The notes under the pieces were generated by a model, which saw nothing but the letters and a program-made list of their open reading frames with translations, was not told the origin of the DNA and did not search any database. From Azolla caroliniana (lineage: Eukaryota > Plantae > Polypodiophyta), in contig JBHGNT010000012.1 of NCBI GenBank assembly GCA_043228905.1, forward strand, positions 3,410,001 to 3,474,000: a stretch of 64,000 bases of DNA, given 5' to 3'. Below, in pieces: positions 52,288 to 63,034 of this stretch. Both the position numbers and the translations under genes were made by a program. Position 1 is the stretch's first letter, and each line of letters begins with the position of its first letter.

Positions 52288-55200
52288 TTACGGAGAATCA
52301 CTACTATAACTAATATACAATGACAATTCCTCCTCGTCATCCTCGGATGTACCAATCAATGCATTATCTTCATCATAAACCAAATGGTTTGACTCTAGAT
52401 TATATGTAACAGATCTCGTTTGCCTTCGACTCAAGCCACCTTGTAGACTTGGTAATTTTTCTTTTATTATATATATTGTTGACTTCCTTAATCGTCTGGC
52501 TTTTGTAAGCGTGAAGTCGTACACGATGATATCAAGGGTCGAGGTGTTACGAATGTTTCGCTTCCTTTTCCTACCTCCCCTTGTTCATTGTTGTAAAATA
52601 CTTAGCATAAAATACGCATACAATACGTATTCTAAGTATTCTAACTTTTTTTTAAAAAAATACTTAGAATATGTATTTTATAGATAAAGTATGTTAAATG
52701 CGTTAAATACTTAGAATACATGTAGAATACTTAGAATACATTTAGAATACTTAGAATACGTGTAGAATACTTAGAATACGTGTAGAATACTTAGAATACG
52801 TGTAGAATACTTAGAATACGTTTAGAATACTTAGAATACATGTAGAATACTTGTAAAATACGTTAAATACTTCTTAAAATTGAAAGTTTTCTTTTTTTTT
52901 AAAAAGGAAAATATTTTTTGAAATGATAAATACTTGTTAAATACGTAGAATACGTCAAAGTTTAAAAAACAGCAATTCTAAAACGTAGAATACGTGTAGA
53001 ATACCTCAGAGTATTCTAAAACGTACTCTAAACGTAGAATACGCGTTTTTAACAACTATGCCCTTGTTGTTGGGCATTCAATCATCTCCAATGTATAGTT
53101 ACCTGTAAAAGCATTTGCACTTCTAGTGTTGTACCAATGAACATTTATAGACTTGGTCGTGTTTTCTATTTCATGCATTAGCATTTCTAGAATTTTACCA
53201 ACCCAAAATTGGTGGCCATGTGAGTTCTCATCAGTCGGCGTTGCAATCAACATCCCTGCCGCGAACTCTTGCAAATTGCCTTGCCATCTAGCTTCGGCTG
53301 CTTCGGTCATCCTTGGTCCCACATAAATGTCTCTTTGTTGTGGATGGACCAAACTGTCATTAATCGCATTTGTTGGTTGCTCCGGAGTTTTATTTACACA
53401 ATCATGTTGTAGCGACCATCTGAATGGCGTTTCCAAATTCCAATTATCACCAAATACACAATTGTCTATAATTCCTTTCTTATCCCTAAAAAATACATCC
53501 CACCATGACGTGTCTTGTTATGCGGCATATTTCTTGGCAGCCTCAATATGCTTTCTTTTTTCTTCTAAGGCTTGGAGCCATAACCGTTTTTGTTCCGATA
53601 CTAAGTCACTATGCAACTGTCCTTTCTTCTCAATTGGCATTTGTTTAGCTCCATGGACAATTGTACTCTGCATACAAAGTAATAACTGGCAACCACCTTC
53701 AAGTTCCCATGTTGTAGAAGATGAATATTGTTTAGCATACAAAAGCGTAGAACCACTTATTTCATTTTTCTTTATCATAAAAATGTGATTGAAGCTTATA
53801 TTGTTTAACTTGGAGAGCACTTTTACATTCCCAACACCCCCATCTGATATATATCTCTTAAAATCATATACCTCCTTCAAGTGTAACACTTTTGGGCGTG
53901 GTGTATATGCATCACAAATGACATCAAATAGTTTAGGTAATGTGAAAGCATCATGCCGAGACAACTGTCTGGAGAATGTGCTAAACATCTTATCTATATA
54001 ATCATGTGTGTGGCCAACCAAAAGAAAATTGACTTTCACTTTTCTAAACAATCCTTGGTTGACCAACATACTTAGATAGCCAAACACAGTTGAATTTTTG
54101 TTCTCTCTAGCAGTATTGTCGAATTGAATGTATAGAACAGGAGGGAACGGTTGGCCCCAAGACATCAAAACTCGGTGAATCATTGTAACTGTTAGGTTAG
54201 GGTCATTGTGAACATTGGGGTATGTCATGAAGACGTGAGGTCCAACTGACCTATTATAAGCCAAGCATCCCACCAAGTGCATTTGAACAAGGCACTCATC
54301 ATTGACGTCTTTGGGGAGCTTCCGCATATGCGGCAAGCACATCTTCTTCTGGTCCATGCCATCTATCATTAAGCACATGTATTGTCTGGGCCTCTTCAAA
54401 CACTTCTCTCTATGATGCATCGCCTTCTTTCATTCTAACGATTATGCCTCATGATGCTCCTGTAGTAACATCTTACTCATAAACATTTGAAAACCAAGCT
54501 CTCCATAATCTTGTGAATTGGCTATATGTGACAGACTTATTACGTGAGCCCACCATATCAGATCGATAGACATCATAAACTTCCCAATGTGTGTAATTAT
54601 CAGAGAGGTGCATCCTACCTGTAGTGGGCATTACTTCACAATTTAACTGAAAGTAACTTTTCATCCAACCAATAGCATGTCTTCCAATTGCACCTTTCAT
54701 ACTTGGAACCTCTTTACAATTGAGCATCTGATCCCTACTAAGTAGACGTTGTTGTACTCTATGTTATCGCATGTTACTAACACATAACGCAATTTTGAAT
54801 GCAACCCTACATATCTGTTGTGCATGGAAGATATAATACTCGAATGATACTTTGATCCCTGTACATTTGTCAGACACTAGTTGCATATGTGACTCGAGGT
54901 AAGTTTCTTACTCATCACTAGTCATCGAAAAATAGTATCGCCTTAATTCTCGCAACTTTGATTTTCCAATCATAGACATACAACCACGGGCACAACATAT
55001 TTTTTTGAATCAAATCCAATCTGCTTATCTGATGTCACCAAGTTAAATCTATATAGACGAATTCTTCGTGGGATTCTTCTAATATGCATAGGGCTTCCAG
55101 ATTTCTCTTCCTGCATAGAAGTTGGTGTAACCTTGTTACTATCCAATTCTTTGTTGTGACCATCGCCCATGATATTCGATGTTTCATTGGCACTACCGTC

Positions 55201-55448
55201 ATTCTCCGTATCTTTATTAATATCGTATTCTTCAATAGAGAACTCTTCAGATGTGTCATTATTCACATTCTTTGTAGGTGAAGATGAGCTCAGACAATAT
55301 TATTCGATAGAAATGGTGAGTCTGTCGACAGACAATATTCTTCGATAGAAAATGGTGAGTCTGTCGACAAACAATACTCTTCGGTAGAAAACCAAGAGTC
55401 TGATGACAAACAATATTCTTCAATCAAAAACGGTGAGTCTTCACTCAT
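52288..55448 (-). pseudogene. Sola1-like DDD transposase
   Basis: MIDGMDQKK..LPH, LYIQFDNTARENKN, FLLVGHTHDYIDKMFS (53518-54420); upstream EVMPTTGRMHL..YSQFTRLW (54473-54727); C-terminal FWVGKI..VHWY module (53056-53436). Superfamily assignment is from remembered motifs and is tentative. Confidence 0.78.
52600..53050. repeat. TAGAATAC-based ~20-bp minisatellite, probably intronic
   Basis: TAGAATACTTAGAATACGTG units at 52710-52860, with degenerate flanks. Confidence 0.9.
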
Positions 55449-56211
55449 GGCTTAAGGTCCACACAGAGCTCTTTAAGTTATGTGCTTAGGCTAACATAAA
55501 AAACTTATAAGCTCCTCTCTAAACATAAACTCCTCTCTAAACATAAACTCCTCTCTAAACAGAAGCTCCCTCAATATAATGTCTATATTATTTAATATTA
55601 TATTAATACAATAAATAAAGATATTATTTTTAATATAATAATTGTATTCAACATATTAATAATTACTTAAACTAGTTTGTATAAAGTTAAATCAAGTATA
55701 ATATAATTACAATCATTACCAAGCCACATATATGTTGGTTTAAAGTTAAAATCATTGGTTAATTAATGGCACCCATATTTAATATAGAACTTCTTAGTCA
55801 TTGGTTCATTCATGCCCACCATTTTAAATATAAGACTTTTCAATCATTGGTTCATTCATGGCCACATCTTTACTATAAAGCAATTAAGAGTCATAAAAAT
55901 GTTGCTTTGAGTATTCAACCATTGGTTCATTCATGAACCTCTATCATTGCTTCCTTCATGACCTTCAAAGTCATGGTATGTTAGTTTGACTATAAAATAA
56001 TCATTATTATGTTAGTTTGACTATTTAATCATTGATGCATTTATAAGCATCATTTATTTCAAATCTATTATAGAGTGATTGGTACACTCAAGATTAGGTA
56101 CTAAATAAAGTAACTCTGGTTAAAGTGACTGTGGTTACTAACTAACTAATCTTAAGGTTGCCAACCCTGGTTAAAGTGACTATGGTTACTTTAACCACTG
56201 TGGTCAATCCC

Positions 56212-56218
56212 TATAAAT
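56212..56218 (+). promoter_or_regulatory. TATA box of the ParB-MTase gene
   Basis: CCCTATAAATAGG about 140 bp upstream of ATG 56353, followed by a CA-rich leader. Confidence 0.65.
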
Positions 56219-59200
56219 AGGAAGAACTCCTCATATTTCAATCACACGAAGCACACCCGTAGAACAAAGCACAAGAGCACACAGAGCAAACAAAGCACAT
56301 AGAGCACGAAGCACCAAACTAAGATCTCCCCCTAAGCATCGACAACTCCACCATGTCTTCAAAGAAAATCGAGCGCCAAGACTCCAGGTAAGCGTCTGAC
56401 ACTCTGGACATTTTTGTAAATATGTTTTAGCACTCAAGAACTCGATACGACGTATCGAGTTCCTGTTTAAAGTTTTTGTTTTAAACAAGAACTCGATATG
56501 CCGTATCGAGTTCTTGTTAAAGTCTGTCATATGCAAATTCTCTACAATAAGGATATGGAATCAATATAAAGTTTTCGAAGTTGAATGGATTTCCGAATAA
56601 AGGACTATCATGTTCACTCAACTCAATACATGATTGATATTTATAGTTTACCACAAATCGCTTGCTAGTTTTAGTCTTCGTCTAATTATGTATATTTTAA
56701 TATACAACCTTAATCTACGTGACCACCTAACTTATGTTTTCGCATGTCCTTTCTTAAATAGGTCGTTTGAGAACTTGTCGGACCGACCTATGAAGAAGAT
56801 AAAGCTTCGAATACAGGGCTCTCCAATTGAGACCCAGACCCTAATAGTTCTTGAGAACATGAAGAGAGGAAAAAAGGTTCTCTTCAACGAGGAGACAAAA
56901 TCTCAACCATCCAATGAGGTCAGCCAAAAGAAAATGTTAGCAGCTACCAGTGGTGAGGACCTTCCTGACCATGATCTAACGAACAAGGAATGGTGTATGC
57001 AATACGTCGACTCCAAGAAAAAAGTCGTGTTGTATACAGCAAAGAAGAAGGGCGACGGTCAACTTGAAAATGAAACCACATTTATGTATGGCCGTATTCT
57101 AAGATTTGGCTACGAAGATTTAGATTCAGCCAACATACTTGTGATGATTGAGTGCTCTAAGGGCGTACGTAAAGTGTACCTTTCTGAAGATCTACCAATA
57201 AAGGAATCTTGTGGGCCGGAATCTTTTAAAAAAGATCTAGAAAGCTCACAAAACCTTATTGTCACCTTGAGGCCTTATATACAAGGCCATGTAACTCTAA
57301 GGGAGCCCTTGCCCTCCCCAGTGAATGCCCCGGAAAGGGCATCTAAAGGGCAATCAAGACCAGCAAAAAAAAAGACCATTAAACTGTCGGACTCCGACTC
57401 ATCAAGCTCAAACGAAGATGAGGACACTAAGGGGACACCAGGAGTTGAGATGGCATTAGGTGTGTTGTCATCAGAGCAGAATAAGATACGGAGAGAGTTA
57501 ATGCAACGTAAACTGGTCAGAAAAGGGCAAGTGTTTAATTTGCCTATAACACACATCCATCGGCCCCTATAGATGAAAAAATAGGACAAAGACCACTTGA
57601 GATCAAAGAGCCACACCGAATGCATGTTCAAAATCTCAAGAAAAAAATGAAAATTAATCCACATGCTACCTTTGTGCCTTTTACTGTTATGGTAGATCCC
57701 GAAGAATGTGAAACCATTGAAGATTTCGACATAAGAAAGCATGATCAATACAATTACTTTGTAATTGGTGGATCGCATTCGGCGGAGGCACGTCGGCAAC
57801 TTGTGAGAGAACATCCAACGACTTTCTTCTTGAAGAATGTCGTGTGCAGAATTTACGTGGGCCTCACAACTGACGAGGCAAAGCTGTTGGCATGGGACCA
57901 CAATAACGATAATGACTATAGGTAGAAAATGTCATCGATTGAGCGTATAAGGTTATTCCACCACAAGTATTTGGACGTCAAACAAGAGTTCGGTGTGAAG
58001 CTACATCCAGGCCTACAACGTCAATGCTTGCATGAAGTCAGCATTGTGGTAGATGATAATGTTAAGTCCAATGGTCTTCAGAAATATGAGTCCTGGTTTC
58101 AACTTGCCTTTAGAGATGGAGAAGTATGGGACCTACAAGATCAAATCTTCTCAATGTGGGAGAATAAGGATGTCAAGGGTCAACAACAAAAGAAATGTAA
58201 GGTAGACCCTCAACTAGAATTAAAGTCACAAGCGGCCAAGAAAATTGACAATTGAAGAAGCGACTGACGACATGAATTTTTCTCTGTGGAGAGCGATGCA
58301 AGGTATTAAGGACGAGCAGCTTCTTGTGTCTGTTTTATCAAGGGTTGTGACAAAAGATTTAAGCCTTGAAGAAATGGTCACTAAGTTCAATAAGTAAGTA
58401 TTTCAAATAGTGATATTGAATTCAATATGTTGCAATTGAAAGTTCTAATCTCGTTTTCTAATTTCACAGTCATAAGTTGTACATGAAGATCCAAGAAGTT
58501 ATGATTAAACAACTTGGATGTATAACTTGGGAACAAGTGACCGAGGATTATCCTCTAATGTCTTCATATAAGGCGTTATCCGAGTATTTTATTGCATTCA
58601 AGGATTGGGTTAGTATTGGTGGTTTTTCATTAAGCTTTCCTCATATGTAGAGGTTGTGTAATAATACTTGATGTCTTGTTACTTCTATTAGAAACCGTGT
58701 CGTGGCAAGAAACAAGGAGAAGTTAAGGATATACACAATTTCCCGACATCCTTCCTTGCACATCTCGAGAGAGCCAGAAAAGAAAAGGATTGTCGCTTAG
58801 TCAAGGCGTACGAAATTGAGGAAGATGGCTCATTCAAAAAATTTAGCCACAAAAAGGATATTACGAGAGATCTTTATTACAACGTGGTTTGCTGTGATGT
58901 CGTTGACATGATCCAAAAAGTGCCAAAGAAGGAATATACGCTAATGATTGCAGATATTTCATACGGATTTTGAATGGCAGGGTCATCATACGACGATGAA
59001 CCATTTAGGTTTAAACAATTAGAGAAGATGGTCAAGGATTTTGTTAAGCTAACGATTGCATCCTTGTGGAGAATGGTTGTCTTTCATAATATGGACCAAG
59101 GGTACTCGATAGCTCAAGCTTTGAGATCTCGTTGCCATGGCATCGAGAACCTTGCATGGTAAGGATTATTTATATGTCTCATTCACTATATTTCCTTTCT

Positions 59201-59481
59201 TAAGATTGTTCAATCTATTCTTAACTCGATGTAATATTTGTTATAGGATAAAAACCAATGTAAATAGAGGGCCAACCTTTCGGTTCGTAAATGCCATTGA
59301 ATACATTACGGTTGGTTACTTCGATGAAATTAAGAAACAAAGAATCAAGGAGCATTCTAATGAAGTGGGAGGTTCAAATCAGTTGGTATATCCAACAGTG
59401 ACACGTAAATTGCGACATATCACCACAACAGAACAGGGACTTTTCAACCCATACCAAAAACCTCAATGACTTATGATGTGT

Positions 59482-61272
59482 TGTCATGTGGTTTTTCACA
59501 CACGATATGAAAACTAGTAAAATAATTATTTACGATTAGCTTAATATATTGATATGGAAAGATAGATGTGTTCAAGAGCTTCATAGCGTATTTTACTACG
59601 CATAAAACGGATAAACAAGTATCAAGTTATGTGACTGTGAAGTTTGAAGAAAAGAAAAGAAAAGACAAAACTATGAGATATCCCACATAGATAGGACAAC
59701 ATTGGAACCCAGAATATATAAGGGAAACCAAAACATATTCATTTTATCAATGTGTGGAGCACATAATGTTCATTGTGTGGTGACTTGGGCTACATTGTGT
59801 GCTGTGCACGCTTCGGGCATACGCGTGTATACACGACTGTGTTAACGCTTCGGGCGCACGCGAGTGTGCAAGGCCGTGTGGATGTTTTCGGACGTACACG
59901 CGCATGGACGTCTTCAGATGTACGCGCGTGTGCAAGTTTCAGGCGTGCGCATGTGCAAGTTTCAGGCGGACTGTGTGTGCGGACGAGCGCGCGGACGCGT
60001 GTGTGCGCACGACCGCATGCGTGGATGCGTACACTACGGCGCTTCGGGTGTACGCGAGTGTGCAAGGCCGTGTGGATGTTTTCGGACGTACGCGCGCATG
60101 GACGTCTTCAGATGTACACGCGTGTGCAAGTTTCAGGCGTACGCATGGACGTTTCGGACGGACTATGTGTGCGGACGAGCGCGCGGACGCGTGTGTGCGC
60201 ACGTGCGCATGCGTGGATGTGTACACTACGGCGCGGTCGAGACTTTTGCACGCGGATGAGTACACGGTGCGGGTTGGACGCGCGCGTGCGTGGATGCGTA
60301 CACTACTACGCGGTCAGGACTTTTCAGGCGTACGCGTGGACGTTTCAGACGGACTGTGTGCGGACAAGCGCGCGGACACGTGTGTACGCGCGTGTGCAAG
60401 TTTCAGGCGTACGCGTGGACGTTTCGGACGGACTGTGTGTGCGGACGAGCGCGCGGACGCGTGTGTGTGCACATGCGCATGCGTGGATGCGTACACTACG
60501 GCGCAGTCGAGACTTTTGCACGCGGATGCGTACACGGTGCGGGTTGGACGCGCGCGCGCGTGGATGCGTACACTACTACGCGGTCAGGACTTTTGCGCGC
60601 GGACGCATCTACGGTTTGGTTGCGACGCACATACGGATTGCGCACAGGCTAAACTTTATGGATGATTGTGTCATTTGGCCGAATTATACGGACAATCGCA
60701 TGCAACCAAAAGCCAAGGCCATGCAACTAAAAGTAAAAGGCATGCATCTAAAAATGGAAGCATGCAACTAAAAGCAGAGGCCATGCAACTAAAAATAGAG
60801 GCCATCCAACTAAAAGTGGGCATGCAAAGTAACATTGGGGAGGAGGATCAACAAGGAGCTTAATATATGTCCCATTTTTTCCCTCCTAGTTTTTTTTTTT
60901 TCCTTTTTTCTTCTTCCCTCTCGGATTCGAGAAATAAATTATCTCACATATTGATATCAAACTCCTAGCTTTGTTTACTCGATCTTTCGGGTCAAAAATT
61001 ATCTCTCGTATTCATATCGGACCACTCCTTGCATGGTTGTTGGCTCCTTTCTTTGAAAAATTAATCTCTCATTTCCATACCCAACCCATTGTAACACGAT
61101 TCTGAAATTATAAAGAATCGATTTTCTTTTGCAATAAACTAATGATTTGTCTCTCCCACTTGTCTTATGCTTAAAACTTGCTTGTGTTGTACATGTTGCT
61201 CTAAATCCTTCTAGTCCAGAACCCCGGCAGTTCCGTCTCACGATCCGCACATAGTGACGGATTTTCACGACA
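59482..61272 (+). mobile_element. Long solo LTR related to the B/C group, inserted in the MTase exon
   Basis: TGTCATG..TCACGACA; TSD GTGT/GCGC (decayed GCGC). 3' end resembles C-family U5 (CTAGTCCA.ACC..GTTCC..CTCACG..ATCCGC). Removal restores the MTase frame. Confidence 0.85.
59790..60620. repeat. CpG-rich alternating purine/pyrimidine tandem array
   Basis: Repeated GGACTGTGTGTGCGGACGAGCGCGCGGACGCGTGTGTG and GCGTGGATGCGTACACTAC blocks. Confidence 0.9.
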
Positions 61273-62523
61273 GCGCTTGATCGAGATGTTTTCTGTAGAA
61301 GGAGATTGGATATTAGACCTCTTCTCTAGCACAGGTATTCCTCAAACTAGGTTAACGATGTTGAGATAACCAATACTGAATCCTTTTTGTTTGAGAACTA
61401 ATTCTTCTTGTTACTTTCTTCACAAGGACAACGTCTGCATGTGCATTGAAGCTCTTTAGAAACACAGTTGCATTAGAGAAGGACGAGGAGCAAGTTATAT
61501 TTATAAACATGAAGATTAAGGCTTTGTGGGAGTGCCCAGACCAGGACGAGGAGGTCGGTGCAAAGAACCTCGCTGATACCGAAAGGTTTCAACCTGCTTC
61601 GCGAGAGCCTATTCCTTCGTTAGCCGGGGAACCGGGGGAGCTTGATTATGAGCTTATAGAAGATATTTCGTTGGCTTGGCTAACAGGGGAAGCCAATGCA
61701 CGTATAGCCGAAGAGAGTTCTATACAGGATGACGAAGAAAATGACATTGACGATTTGCTTGCTATGTAATAGACTCTTTTTAAAACGTGAAATGTATTGT
61801 TTGGAATTCACATTATTAATACAAATTTTGGATTTTACTTGGTGGATTCTATTCTTTATAATCTTCTATATGTTTCAATTTTATTTTTATATACTTGGTT
61901 AGTAGACTTATGACATTGGTTTCACCGCATACATTGCTGACTACCAAATTTATGGAGAAACATGAATTAGTTTAAATTGAGGCTGATTTTGGTCAAACTT
62001 TACCTTAACATAACATGGTCGTAGAATTGTTGCTATGACTGTCCATGTTGTTATTATGGATCTTTGTCTTCTATTGTTAAAACTATTATGTTTCTCTTCC
62101 ATTGCTGCTTAGATTGTGTAGTGTGTTGATAATGGTTCCACTAGCGTTATCCGCATGTTTTTATACACTTGTATTTCCACTAGCGTTATTGTTCGGAGCT
62201 TGATCCCGTGTGAATCACCTAAGAAATAGATTAGATCAATTTTAAATACAAGTTTGAAAGCCTTAATAAGTTTGTTATTTCCACCACATTATCCTAAAGT
62301 TCACTGTCTTACATTGTCCACAATTATATACATATGGTTTGATCCCATACGAACAAACTGAGGAATAGATTAGATCAACTTTAAATACAAGTATTAAATA
62401 CCTTAATAAGTTAGTTATTCCAATCACATTATCCTAAAGTGCACGATCCTACATTGTCCACAATTATATACATGCGAGTATGGGTCAAAGTATAAATTAT
62501 AACTCATTTTATTAGTATGGTTA

Positions 62524-62999
62524 TGTTGGGAGACAGGTTCCTTCGGATGGGAAGGGAGAAGAACAGTGCCGACGAACAAACTCGGCCGAGGCCGACAGGC
62601 CAAGGCCGAAACGGTATGAACCGGATGGGGAGTACCCAACTGCGGAGAGCCGGATGGTGTAGGCCCGGCCCGACTGCGGAGAGCCGGATGGTGTAGACCC
62701 GGTATGAACCGGATGGGGAGTACCCGACTGCGGAGAGAGCCGGATGGTGTAGACCCGGTATGAACCGGATGGGGAGTACCCGACTGCGGAGAGTCGGATG
62801 GTGTAGGCCCGGTATGAACCGGAGGAAGAGACATATTTGTAAATATGTTTCTGAGAGCCCATCGAGGCTACATTTGTAAATAGCCGAAAAGTCATATTAG
62901 TATAAATATGACTTAGGGCAAACTTTTAGTGTTGGTGTCGTTTTTTTGTTGTTGTTATTCTTCCTTGTTGGTGCAAGAAGAAGATAGAGCGCGTAACTG

Positions 63000-63034
<35 letters not shown>

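Larger units (their letters stand above)
56353..61769 (+). pseudogene. ParB/Srx-like domain fused to beta-class N4-cytosine/N6-adenine DNA methyltransferase (six exons, ~970 codons)
   Basis: Exons 56353-56387, 56762-58393, 58470-58608, 58692-59158, 59247-59481 + 61277-61334, 61426-61769. ParB-like YFVIGGSHSAEARRQL..IYVGLTTDEAKLLAWDHN. MTase LMIADISYG (DPPY-type motif IV), WIKTN, NPYQKP, FSVEGDWILDLFSSTGTT (motif I), RNTVALEKD. Confidence 0.85.

Noticed and set aside
59773-60771. Long overlapping Arg/Cys/Ala-rich ORFs in several frames
   Set aside because: By-product of a stop-poor GC-rich tandem array inside a solo LTR.
56353-61769. Bacterial contamination as the source of the ParB-MTase
   Set aside because: Spliceosomal introns, a TATA box and a plant LTR inserted in an exon show it is nuclear DNA.
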